54,883 nt of DNA, taken from IMG/VR virus record IMGVR_UViG_3300008110_000071, positions 1-54,883 of that record. One strand, written 5' to 3'. This DNA is from a virus (Duplodnaviria > Caudoviricetes). Under the pieces are notes generated by a model. That model worked only from the letters and a program-made list of their open reading frames with translations, ran no database searches and was not told the origin of the DNA. Positions 46,115-54,825 of this stretch are shown here, in pieces (the stretch's first letter is position 1; each line of letters begins with the position of its first letter). A program made the position numbers and the translations under genes.

Positions 46115-47931
46115 GACATATAGAAGTGTGGCACCGTATCAAACTCTTTTATATTTTTGATCATACTCTTTGTAACTTGTGCTCTAATTGCACTTACAAT
46201 TTGAGTTGATTTAAATATTCCATTTGGATTCTTTTGAAGATATACTTTATATGCTTTCTTTGTAATTACACCAAATACAGTTAGAAATATTCGTTGCTTT
46301 AAGTATCTGTGCATTTTCATACCACCACGAGTTAAAAAGTATGATATTTGTGCATTTTCATAATGAGTTTTAATCATAGCAGAATCTGTATTATTCATGC
46401 CTGATGTAATTGGATTCTTTAAGATTAAATTGACAACTGCAACTCGATATGTATCTAATACTCTTTGATTTTGAGTAATCTTTTCATATTCTGATATGAA
46501 TTTAACTAACTTATCTTGCCTACTAGCACCAACAGCAAATACTGGCTGTGATATTTCTCTTTTTGCTCTCTCATATAAAGTTTGAATGTTTCTAATTTGC
46601 ATCTTATAGGTTTTAGTTTTTGATGATGGTTTACGTCCATAATCATATTTTCCATAAGATCCCTTTTTGTATTCCATTCTGGAATACATTCCTTCATCAG
46701 TATATGGTGTGATTGGATCTTTATTCTTTCCTGTCGTTTTCAATTTTCTATATTTTGCTTCTCGCCCAGCTCCATATGGTTTACTTACATCAACTTCAGT
46801 ACTTATTTGTTGATTTAAGTTTGGAGTTTTGTTTATACTTCCAGTTAGTGCATAGTTTAATGCTTTTCTTCTAATGGAAATAAGTTCATTGTTTATTTTG
46901 TTAAATTGTGGATATTGGAATAAAAATTCCTCAAGAGTTTTTACACCAGTCCCTCCAACCCATTGAGTGCTGTATCCTGGAGTATTGAAAAATTGACCAT
47001 TAAATCCAGCAGAGCCTCCACCATCATCTTGTGACTTTGGCCATGCCATTAGATTAAATTTAACATCTGTTTGATGTATTCCCAACCTTCTATATCTAAA
47101 AGTTACAGGAAATTTCCATTGGCCAATTCTATTCACATCAATGTTAGTATGTAAAAATACAGTTTCATCTATCACCTTGTCTATGTCTGTCTTTGGATCT
47201 GAAAGCATTGCCATAAACTTACTATATGGATCCACCGCCTTTAACATTTTCTTTGCCACTGCATTTTTTGGCTTTCCAACTACCTTGATATTCTTTGTTC
47301 CATTAGTTGAAGGTAGTTTCAATGATACTCCAAACAATGAATGTTTTTCCCAATACTCCTCCAATATTTGATTGTACTTATCAAAGTTATTGATTAGATA
47401 TATGTCAGACTTTGATAATATCTCGTCCTGAAAATCTTTTTTAATGGTATTCTTTTCTGCCTTTTTTACAATATAGATATCAGCACTTGATAAAATATCT
47501 CCTTTGATTGGAAGCTTTAAAGCTTTAATTATTTTATCCAAGCAGTTGGTCTTTATAACTTTCATAAATGGATCTGTTTGATCCAAAAACTCATACATAT
47601 TAAAATTTTTGGATATTAAATTTCTTTCATATAAAGTCTTGGCTACATCATATACTATTTTAACAGCAATTTCTACACTCTTTTCATTTGTTGATGGAGT
47701 AACTGTAGTTTCCCAGTTATCAAACACTCTATCAAATTGGAAATTTTCTCCTAAATGATTTTGATACTTACGTAATTGAACTTCATCGTTTGGTATATCA
47801 GGATCAAACAAATCATAGAATGACTGCTCATGCTTTGCAGATTCTCTAACAGAATACTTATATACAGCAAAATGAGCTAATGCAATACACTGCATTAGCT
47901 CTTTACCTAAGTCCCATTTTTCTTTTGCCAT
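46111..47931 (-). CDS. Putative PD-(D/E)XK-like nuclease-fold protein
   Basis: KELMQC, SSADIYIVK, LFGVSLK; AT-rich. Confidence 0.45.
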   Translation of the reverse strand: MAKEKWDLGKELMQCIALAHFAVYKYSVRESAKHEQSFYDLFDPDIPNDEVQLRKYQNHLGENFQFDRVFDNWETTVTPSTNEKSVEIAVKIVYDVAKTLYERNLISKNFNMYEFLDQTDPFMKVIKTNCLDKIIKALKLPIKGDILSSADIYIVKKAEKNTIKKDFQDEILSKSDIYLINNFDKYNQILEEYWEKHSLFGVSLKLPSTNGTKNIKVVGKPKNAVAKKMLKAVDPYSKFMAMLSDPKTDIDKVIDETVFLHTNIDVNRIGQWKFPVTFRYRRLGIHQTDVKFNLMAWPKSQDDGGGSAGFNGQFFNTPGYSTQWVGGTGVKTLEEFLFQYPQFNKINNELISIRRKALNYALTGSINKTPNLNQQISTEVDVSKPYGAGREAKYRKLKTTGKNKDPITPYTDEGMYSRMEYKKGSYGKYDYGRKPSSKTKTYKMQIRNIQTLYERAKREISQPVFAVGASRQDKLVKFISEYEKITQNQRVLDTYRVAVVNLILKNPITSGMNNTDSAMIKTHYENAQISYFLTRGGMKMHRYLKQRIFLTVFGVITKKAYKVYLQKNPNGIFKSTQIVSAIRAQVTKSMIKNIKEFDTVPHFYMS

Positions 47932-47961
47932 TATTTTCTCTTGAGAATGGTTGGTGACAGA

Positions 47962-48240
47962 TTACATATTATTTGTCTTACCTGCTCTTCTGAATGCTTC
48001 TTCAAGGAACTGAGAGTATGACTTGCATTCTGCAAAGTTTCCAGTAGCTTGTGCTCTTCTGCGAAGTGCTTGAATCAATGGACTGTCACCAGGCGGCATT
48101 CCTGGTTTCTTCTTTAAATTTTCTCTTCTTTCTTTTTCAAATTTATATTGATTGGCTGCACTTCTTTTCTTTTTTGGAACTAAACCACCAGTTTTAGAAC
48201 CAATTTCTACTTCGTCTTTTTCTCTGATTATTTCGTACAT
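47962..48240 (-). CDS. Basic late protein with C-terminal KSYSQFLEEA motif
   Basis: Late promoter TATAAATA at 48263-48270. Confidence 0.55.
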   Translation of the reverse strand: MYEIIREKDEVEIGSKTGGLVPKKKRSAANQYKFEKERRENLKKKPGMPPGDSPLIQALRRRAQATGNFAECKSYSQFLEEAFRRAGKTNNM

Positions 48241-48262
48241 TGATCAGCTGATTGATTTTAAG

Positions 48263-48270
48263 TATTTATA
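48263..48270 (-). promoter_or_regulatory. T4-type late promoter TATAAATA
   Basis: Exact consensus directly after terminator. Confidence 0.75.
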
Positions 48271-48294
48271 AAAAAAGGGGGCTTATAGCCCCCA
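48270..48294 (-). terminator. Rho-independent terminator
   Basis: GGGGGCT-ATA-AGCCCCC-T run. Confidence 0.85.
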
Positions 48295-48299
48295 TATAA

Positions 48300-48710
48300 T
48301 TACTTATTCATTTGTAGTGTTGGAACTGGCATTCCACCTTCAGTTGGAACATAGATTGTTACATTACCATTCTTGGCACCATCTTCAATACCAGTGATAT
48401 ACAGATACTGAAGATACTCACGATTGTCTTTTAGGCTATCACCAATGATTTGGTTTGCCTTTGCAACACCTTGAGCACGAATGATCTCTGCTTCAGCAAG
48501 TTGTGATGCAGAATCTTTCTTTGCTTGTGCTTCAAGAACTGCTACTTGGCGAGTGAATTCTGCCTTTTGCAGTTCTGCTTTACCAGCAAGAGATTGTTGC
48601 CACACATTGTATTGAGGCCCAACAATAAAGACGATGCCAAGAATAATAGCACCCCCACTGATAACAGCAAGAATAGCAGGGTCAATAAAGCCATTACGAT
48701 CAGTCTTCAT
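48300..48710 (-). CDS. SPFH/band-7-like membrane-anchored coiled-coil protein
   Basis: TM helix, AEAEIIRAQGVAKANQIIGDSL, IYVPTEGGMPV. Confidence 0.65.
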   Translation of the reverse strand: MKTDRNGFIDPAILAVISGGAIILGIVFIVGPQYNVWQQSLAGKAELQKAEFTRQVAVLEAQAKKDSASQLAEAEIIRAQGVAKANQIIGDSLKDNREYLQYLYITGIEDGAKNGNVTIYVPTEGGMPVPTLQMNK

Positions 48711-48891
48711 AAATCATTCCTTCCATTTGTGCAGAGAGTACAGTGAGTTCATTCTTGAGTTTTAGATTTTCTTCTTGAAGAATCTGGAGCTGTCGTTTCA
48801 GTTCCAGATTTTCAGAGTACAGACACATTGCATCAAGTTCTGCATCTGTGTATTTGTTTGGTACATTGGTGGTGATTGTGAAATCATTCAT
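48700..48891 (-). CDS. Small coiled-coil hypothetical protein
   Basis: Heptad pattern, coupled to neighbours. Confidence 0.5.
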   Translation of the reverse strand: MNDFTITTNVPNKYTDAELDAMCLYSENLELKRQLQILQEENLKLKNELTVLSAQMEGMIYED

Positions 48892-49041
48892 TTGATGCCA
48901 ACCTCTTTGAGATAATCATGATACCGCATGAATCTGGTGAGTGATGGATGGCCTGGCGGTTTCAGGCTCCAACAGCATTCAGTATAGGACAGAAACTCGT
49001 ACCAGGGAGTCGTTGGGTCCAGTACGTGAACTGGCACATCG

Positions 49042-49278
49042 TTAGAGTTTTCCACCTACCACCCCTTCGTAAAGTTTACTTTCTGAAAAACCTTCTTGCC
49101 TACCTTTGAGGATGAATCTGGTTGCAGAGATGCAAGATTCCCTTGTGAGAGAAGTAACAAGTGGGTCCCCATTCTTATGAAAACTCTTCCAAGTTTTCCA
49201 GCGAGATTCCTCGACACGGAATTGATCATCAATCCAATCTACCTCTGCAATTTCAGGATGCTCGTTTTGGTCCTTCAT
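49042..49278 (-). CDS. Conserved cyanophage hypothetical protein
   Basis: WIDD.F.VE..RW.TW.S...G..LVTSL...C..ATRF.LK..QEG...YEGVVGGKL. Confidence 0.75.
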   Translation of the reverse strand: MKDQNEHPEIAEVDWIDDQFRVEESRWKTWKSFHKNGDPLVTSLTRESCISATRFILKGRQEGFSESKLYEGVVGGKL

Positions 49279-49595
49279 TCAAATTCTCCAGTGCGGTTCT
49301 TGATTGTGCCTGACGAATATACTCCGTCAATTCTGGTGTCTCCATCCATTCCCAGATGGTTCCGTCTTTCTGAGTAAAGCTTTTCGGCATAGTTTGAATT
49401 TTCATAGATTTCAACCTCAACGTTAATTTCTCTATCATTCCAGTGTCGAATAACACCAGCAACAATAAAGCAGTTTGTTACAAGATATGTAGTGAAAATA
49501 AGGGTACGCACAATTGCAACCTTATCAGCTACTTGATCTTTTTTGTGTGCTTTTTCTCCGAGTGCGAGTGCCCACAGGTGCCACAGGTGTTTCAT
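49275..49595 (-). CDS. Conserved cyanophage membrane protein
   Basis: WALALGEKA...ADKVAIVRT.IF.TYLVTNCFIVAGVIRHWN. Confidence 0.75.
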   Translation of the reverse strand: MKHLWHLWALALGEKAHKKDQVADKVAIVRTLIFTTYLVTNCFIVAGVIRHWNDREINVEVEIYENSNYAEKLYSERRNHLGMDGDTRIDGVYSSGTIKNRTGEFE

Positions 49596-49800
49596 CTGGT
49601 GTAAAGAATGTGTCTAGATCAGAGAACAGTTGCTGTTTCTTCTGTTTTTGTTTGATTGTTTGAATACTTGCATTTGTTGGTTTGTACCTGGCAATATACT
49701 TTTGAAGGTGATCTTCGCAAGTAAACCAGCAAACTCGTTCATCCTTTCCATCAATGTATTCTAGTCTGTATGGAAAGCCTTCGTATGGAAAATCACTCAT
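49525..49800 (-). CDS. Conserved cyanophage hypothetical protein
   Basis: FPYE.FPYRLE...VCWFTCEDHLQKYIARY. Confidence 0.7.
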   Translation of the reverse strand: MSDFPYEGFPYRLEYIDGKDERVCWFTCEDHLQKYIARYKPTNASIQTIKQKQKKQQLFSDLDTFFTPDETPVAPVGTRTRRKSTQKRSSS

Positions 49801-50162
49801 CTAAGTATTTCAATGTGTGTAATCTTACCTGATTTAAAACATATACTACATCGTGGCCAGCATTCCCATTTTGCATTTGGATTTTGTTCTGGATATACTT
49901 CAATACAGTCAGTAATGTATTGAGGACGAACAACTCCATGATTACCATTAGGAACCCATTGAAATGTAGCCCAAGGTGGAAGTGATTCATCATCTAATTC
50001 TACAAAGTCTGCAGTCATAGATTCATCAATTTCAAATAGCTCACCAATAGGACTAATCCAATACTCTGACATTGTATTGGTTAATCCTTTGGTTTGTAGC
50101 ATATTATTATTGAAGTGTTCGTTGATTGGGTATGAACAACGAATCCGATCAAACATTCCCAT
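49797..50162 (-). CDS. Conserved phage hypothetical protein
   Basis: MGMFD, QTK, YWISP.GEL, PNGNHG.V.P. Confidence 0.75.
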   Translation of the reverse strand: MGMFDRIRCSYPINEHFNNNMLQTKGLTNTMSEYWISPIGELFEIDESMTADFVELDDESLPPWATFQWVPNGNHGVVRPQYITDCIEVYPEQNPNAKWECWPRCSICFKSGKITHIEILR

Positions 50163-50635
50163 TAGAAATCACCTCTATCTTGGGAGACATCAAAGGTAAA
50201 TATACCACGTTCCTGCCACATTGTCAAGACCCTCTTGCGATCATCAAAGACTGCAAAGATTTGATACTGTTTCTCGATCTCATCAGCGATCTCTGCTTTC
50301 ACAATGCCATCATCACGATGGTCTTGATACTTTCTCATATATAAGCCATTATGATCATATGGTGTGATACCATGTTTCTCAAGCCATTCTACAGTTACAC
50401 CACGATAGTCATCTGAGCGACCACTAACAAAGAATATAGGATACAGGTACTTCAATGCACAAAATATTTCAAGTACCTGTTCTACAGGTTTATCATTGAT
50501 GATTCCTTTGTTCCATGCATCCCAGTTACGAGGCTTGGTTGCAACAAACTGCCTACGATGTGACACATCGCAAAGTGTACCATCTAAATCAAAGATGATG
50601 CACTTTTGTTTAGGAGTATTCGTAGAGGAATCCAT
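50162..50635 (-). CDS. HAD-family polynucleotide 3'-phosphatase (PseT C-terminal domain-like)
   Basis: DLDGTL, VSGR, LYMR...DHRDD..VK, FDDR. Confidence 0.88.
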   Translation of the reverse strand: MDSSTNTPKQKCIIFDLDGTLCDVSHRRQFVATKPRNWDAWNKGIINDKPVEQVLEIFCALKYLYPIFFVSGRSDDYRGVTVEWLEKHGITPYDHNGLYMRKYQDHRDDGIVKAEIADEIEKQYQIFAVFDDRKRVLTMWQERGIFTFDVSQDRGDF

Positions 50636-50987
50636 GGTTTGTGGTGTAGTGAACGTGAGTAATACCAGCTTCTTTGAGTGCTAGCTGGCAGATAGGACAA
50701 GGCCGAGCCATACGTAGTTTACCTTGGGGATTGACCCGTGCAACAATGATAGTATCAACTTCTTCACGACATTTAACAAGGGCTGCGATCTCTGCATGTA
50801 GATAGATCTTTTCTTTGAGACCAACACGCTCTGCAAACTTAGCTTGAATTGGGTGTGATTTGGTCTCAAGATTGGTTGCTGCTACAATTACCTTGTTTTT
50901 GTTAAGTAATAGAGCACCAACCTGTTTTTTAGATGGAGAAGACTTTGCAGTTACAATAGCCTGGTCAAATACCGAGTCAGAAATCAT
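50610..50987 (-). CDS. Zn-dependent cytidine/dCMP deaminase-like protein
   Basis: HAE...RPCPIC. Confidence 0.85.
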   Translation of the reverse strand: MISDSVFDQAIVTAKSSPSKKQVGALLLNKNKVIVAATNLETKSHPIQAKFAERVGLKEKIYLHAEIAALVKCREEVDTIIVARVNPQGKLRMARPCPICQLALKEAGITHVHYTTNHGFLYEYS

Positions 50988-51487
50988 CAGGCCACCTGCA
51001 ATTTCAAATGCGACCCATCGTGAGTCATGATAACATCAAAACCTTCATCTTCAGTTGGCATTTCAAATTGATGATACATGCGAGTTATTACAGAACGTGG
51101 AATGAATTTGTTTGCTCGTTGAGAGTTGCGAACAATAGCTTCTTCAAGACTGATAGGAAGAACTACAGCAGTCTTGGTATAAGTATCAGGAATCTTTTTT
51201 AGTTTCTTGATACGAGACTTTCTAGAAACATTTGTTTGGTCCCAGATAATAGATTTACCTAGCTGAATAGCACGTTCTAGGTCTTTATACATCCTGGTGG
51301 TAGCTTCACCAATGACATCATCAAAGACTTCATTGTAAGTCTTGTTGTTTGCTTTAGCATACACTTCAATGTAATCATCTGTGGAGATGATTACATATTC
51401 ATCAAACACATCAGTGTTTTCGGTTCCTCTGCGAATGTAGCTTGATTTGCCTGCACAAGGAATGCCACACATCATAATCAGTTCCAT
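50987..51487 (-). CDS. AAA_33 / polynucleotide 5'-kinase (start revised to ATG 51487)
   Basis: MCGIPCAGKS, STDD, WDQTN, RNSQR...IPRSV, PTEDEGFD. Confidence 0.85.
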   Translation of the reverse strand: MELIMMCGIPCAGKSSYIRRGTENTDVFDEYVIISTDDYIEVYAKANNKTYNEVFDDVIGEATTRMYKDLERAIQLGKSIIWDQTNVSRKSRIKKLKKIPDTYTKTAVVLPISLEEAIVRNSQRANKFIPRSVITRMYHQFEMPTEDEGFDVIMTHDGSHLKLQVA

Positions 51488-52647
51488 GAAATACCTCCGA
51501 ACATCCAGCGTGAATCGTTTAGTTTGGTTTGAGAAGTTAAAGACTTTTCGATTGAATCCATGAGCATTTGCTTGCATTCCTTACCCTGCTTCATGCCGAA
51601 CATGAATGGGCGATGAATAGGAAGAAGCATTCGGTTTACAAACTCAACGGCAAACTCCTTCTTGTCTGGATACATCTTATCACCACCATCAAAGATGGCG
51701 GTAAGGTCTTGTGCCACTTCATCAACTGCACTCCAGAACTCAGACTGGAACTTTCGCAGTCGAGTAGCATCATCCTCAGTGAGCAGTGGAATCATATCAT
51801 CCACTGTATCATTCAGAATAACTTGAATGATATTCTTCTCTGAGTTGATTTGTTCTTTGGAGCGATGGCGAAGAATATATTCATCTGCTTTGATTTTGAC
51901 CATGTGACCATCATCAAAGCGAATCACTACACCTTCATCATCATCCCATTTACGGATGTGATCAACAATTTTAGCGAGGTCAGTTTCATCACCAGCAATT
52001 GCTTTCACAAAAGGAATACTATAATGTTCTGCAAGTTCTACCATGTTAAAGTATGGTAGATAGTTACCTTTGGTGAGATTACGAATACCAGTGAGAATCA
52101 GCTGGTCTTTTGGATAATCTACAACAATACGATTCTTGCGAGAGCACCATTCAAATATAGGTGTCATGCCACCTTCAATCATGGCACGAATGAAAGTATT
52201 ATATTGTGGTTTATCACCAATGAACACTTCTGCATTCATTGCAACATCAGTAATACCAGCCTTCGTACCTAAACGGAATCCTTCTGGAGTTGGAATAGGA
52301 CGAATCATCGAACCATCTAGCTTCTCCAGAACTACATGTGCAGCACTCAGATCTAGTCTATCAATCTGAGTTTCTACTCGTTCACCTACATTGAAGAACT
52401 TGTGATATGGCCGGGAAATAAGTTGACCAGTGGCATTATCAAAGATGAGACCACGACATTCACGACGTACCCACATATTGTAATGTGTACGATGACGAAT
52501 GAGTGAGAATGTATCTTCAAATGCAACCATGTAGTTGATAACAGTGTACCAACCTTTGTCCATCACTTTGAATTCAGGACGATCCTCAATGTGAGGGATC
52601 ACATTATCAAGGTGAGTAATTTCAGGAAATGTGTAATTCATCATCAA
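51478..52647 (-). CDS. rnlA: RNA ligase 1 (T4 Rnl1 family)
   Basis: RECRGLIF, RPYHKFFNVGE, EKLDGSMI, FEW, EGVVI, VKIK. Confidence 0.92.
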   Translation of the reverse strand: MMMNYTFPEITHLDNVIPHIEDRPEFKVMDKGWYTVINYMVAFEDTFSLIRHRTHYNMWVRRECRGLIFDNATGQLISRPYHKFFNVGERVETQIDRLDLSAAHVVLEKLDGSMIRPIPTPEGFRLGTKAGITDVAMNAEVFIGDKPQYNTFIRAMIEGGMTPIFEWCSRKNRIVVDYPKDQLILTGIRNLTKGNYLPYFNMVELAEHYSIPFVKAIAGDETDLAKIVDHIRKWDDDEGVVIRFDDGHMVKIKADEYILRHRSKEQINSEKNIIQVILNDTVDDMIPLLTEDDATRLRKFQSEFWSAVDEVAQDLTAIFDGGDKMYPDKKEFAVEFVNRMLLPIHRPFMFGMKQGKECKQMLMDSIEKSLTSQTKLNDSRWMFGGISWN

Positions 52648-52807
52648 AAGTAAAGTATTCGTAGATCTGAGACATTACAGCATCATTGATACGATCAATG
52701 ATTACATGTTCTTCTGGATTTTCTACATATTTGTGAGCAAGACGCCAACCACGGTTAACACCTTCTTCAATAGCTTGTTCTAGAATGACACGAGTTTTAA
52801 CTTTCAT
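52622..52807 (-). CDS. Conserved phage hypothetical protein
   Basis: ILEQAIEEGV.RGW..AHK..ENP...I.EYF.FD. Confidence 0.7.
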   Translation of the reverse strand: MKVKTRVILEQAIEEGVNRGWRLAHKYVENPEEHVIIDRINDAVMSQIYEYFTFDDELHIS

Positions 52808-53004
52808 GATTTATCCTCCAGTTGTCGATAAGCAAACTCAACTTGTTCCCATGCCATTTCTTCACGTTGACGAAGGTTTGTGATGACAGCAGCAGCAATC
52901 TCAGGCCACTCATCTTTGCTATTCTGCCACCAATCTTTGAAGTCAGGTGGCATTACTTTGGAAAGCTCATCATCATAAGCTTTGAGTCGTTCAAGATCAG
53001 TCAT
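52804..53004 (-). CDS. Hypothetical protein
   Basis: LSKVMPPDFKDWWQNSK.EWPE; coupled. Confidence 0.65.
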   Translation of the reverse strand: MTDLERLKAYDDELSKVMPPDFKDWWQNSKDEWPEIAAAVITNLRQREEMAWEQVEFAYRQLEDKS

Positions 53005-53356
53005 TGTCCCAAGGTGCAGGTCGAGAGAGTAATTGTCGTAGAAATGGTGTGGGTGGATCTGGATTATTGATCTTCTCCATCATAGAGTCAAAAGCTTCTT
53101 CTGTCAAGTAGATGGTCTCTGAGAGGTCATCAGGAGAACTTATACCCATCATAGATTCTTCTGTGCCTGGGTCATTGATGAAAGCATCATACTCCATGGT
53201 CCACCAGCCATTGTTTAATTCATACCAAAAATCTGCATATAAATGTCTGTCATCAAGACGATAACCTTGATGACAGTACAGACGATACCAATACCAGAAT
53301 GGAGTGTACTTAATCGGTTTAAATCCGATTATCCATTTGTTTATTACTGTCATCAT
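52997..53356 (-). CDS. Hypothetical protein with DUF1778/TacA-like C-terminal tail
   Basis: TIYLTEEAFDSMMEKINNPDPPTPFLRQLLSRPAPWD. Confidence 0.6.
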   Translation of the reverse strand: MMTVINKWIIGFKPIKYTPFWYWYRLYCHQGYRLDDRHLYADFWYELNNGWWTMEYDAFINDPGTEESMMGISSPDDLSETIYLTEEAFDSMMEKINNPDPPTPFLRQLLSRPAPWDND

Positions 53357-54000
53357 AATGCATCATCAACCCAAAAGAATCCAAGACAAGTTTTCATAAA
53401 GAACCTCACCAAACGATTAGGTTTTTCAGGCATATAATACCTGAAATATCGTCGATTTCCAATCGTATAATAACCTTCGTGTTTGTTTCCCTGTTTGATT
53501 ACAAAAGAGGTTTCAGCATAAGGATTAGTACTCAATCCAGTTCCATAAGTAAGTTTTGCGTAAGGTGGAAACTCTCCGTGCTCTTTCGCATACTCAAAGT
53601 TATCACTAATTCTATCAAACTTATATTCGTAATTTCTCTCCGCAGTTAGTTTAGAGGCATAAAAGTTTCTCTTCGTTTTCTCTATTAGTGCATCAATCTT
53701 CTCATCAAACTCTTGTTGGATTTCGTCCAGAGTTTTGGGTTGCTCTGGAATATCCAAGTATGGTTTGATTACATCAAAATACTCATAATCTTCGTTGTAA
53801 TAAAATGCACCAAGAAACAAATAAGGAGTAATGTATTGAGGTGCTTTCGCAAGTTTCTTTGGGTCAAGTTTATATCCTGTTGGTCCTATTTTTAGGGTTC
53901 CTTGTGGTGGAATATAAGTGTTGTTTTGAATGCTTGCTGGGTAAGTATCCAATACTGGTTGTCCTATGTTTTGTTCTGTTGGTTTCCAATCGTTATTCAT
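53353..54000 (-). CDS. Hypothetical protein
   Basis: KPNRLVRFFMKTCLGFFWVD C-terminal motif; coupled. Confidence 0.65.
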   Translation of the reverse strand: MNNDWKPTEQNIGQPVLDTYPASIQNNTYIPPQGTLKIGPTGYKLDPKKLAKAPQYITPYLFLGAFYYNEDYEYFDVIKPYLDIPEQPKTLDEIQQEFDEKIDALIEKTKRNFYASKLTAERNYEYKFDRISDNFEYAKEHGEFPPYAKLTYGTGLSTNPYAETSFVIKQGNKHEGYYTIGNRRYFRYYMPEKPNRLVRFFMKTCLGFFWVDDAL

Positions 54001-54464
54001 TTTTGTGATGCCTCAAATCCTCTTTTGAAAGATGCCCAACACTTATGGTCATCAACAGATTTCAATTCATTTGGATATACACCATAATTATCCTTAAATG
54101 CTTCCACTACTGGTGTTCGTTGAGAATAAGGTGAAACCCAGTTGGATTTTACAAAAATACTATAAGGTTCGGGTCTAAATCTATCATCAAGTTTATTTGA
54201 CCTAATATCCACAGAAACATCAAGATTGAGTTGTTTAGCAATCTTCTCAATCCTTTCTTTACAGAATTGTAGTTGTGCGTAATTTTGTGAATGGTGGTCA
54301 ATAAACTCCACTTCTGTTCCAGGATTTTCTACTGCTTTTCCAAGTGCTTGGAGCATCCTCCCCAATGTCCTTCCTGTTGCTCTTTTTGTTTCGTTTTCCA
54401 TTGTTGTATCTCCATAAACTTTAAAAACTTTACCAAAGATGGCATCTTTATCAGCACTATTCAT
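53997..54464 (-). CDS. Hypothetical protein (degenerate RATGRT P-loop-like)
   Basis: Coupled ORF. Confidence 0.55.
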   Translation of the reverse strand: MNSADKDAIFGKVFKVYGDTTMENETKRATGRTLGRMLQALGKAVENPGTEVEFIDHHSQNYAQLQFCKERIEKIAKQLNLDVSVDIRSNKLDDRFRPEPYSIFVKSNWVSPYSQRTPVVEAFKDNYGVYPNELKSVDDHKCWASFKRGFEASQK

Positions 54465-54625
54465 TTTGCCTCCCCAAATCTAAAATCATAAAGTCGTTTC
54501 ACACCACCAGAACCATACTTGATTTCATTTTCCAGTTGTTTGATATACACAAGAACATCGTCGGGAACCTTGTAGTGTTCCAGTTTTAGTGTTTCTTGAT
54601 TATAGCACGAAACATAAGAACTCAT
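54461..54625 (-). CDS. Small ORF, 54 aa (absent from track)
   Basis: MSSYVSCYNQETLKLEHYKVPDDVLVYIKQLENEIKY; ATGA-type coupling on both sides. Confidence 0.6.
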   Translation of the reverse strand: MSSYVSCYNQETLKLEHYKVPDDVLVYIKQLENEIKYGSGGVKRLYDFRFGEAK

Positions 54626-54825
54626 TTCCGTGCCTCCATAGCACTAATCACAGCATCACGAGCACTTTTACCTTTTGCTCTATTCATAGGAAATCCAGTA
54701 TTTATAAACACCCAATCACTCTCACCATTCATTTTGAGAGAATGTGGTTTGAACTGATTGAGTAGAAACTCAAGGATTTCTGTGTCTGTTGGTTCAGTCA
54801 TTTTCTTCATCGGGTAGTTTTTCAT
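54622..54825 (-). CDS. Hypothetical protein
   Basis: PTDTEILEFL...ARDAVISAM. Confidence 0.6.
   Translation of the reverse strand: MKNYPMKKMTEPTDTEILEFLLNQFKPHSLKMNGESDWVFINTGFPMNRAKGKSARDAVISAMEARK

Larger units (their letters stand above)
35769..49037. promoter_or_regulatory. Dispersed 22-bp operator-like palindrome, consensus GTGNCAG-N8-CTGGCAC
   Basis: Variant copies at 35769, 35795, 35840, 35863, 36481, 36739, 44803, 49016. Confidence 0.65.
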
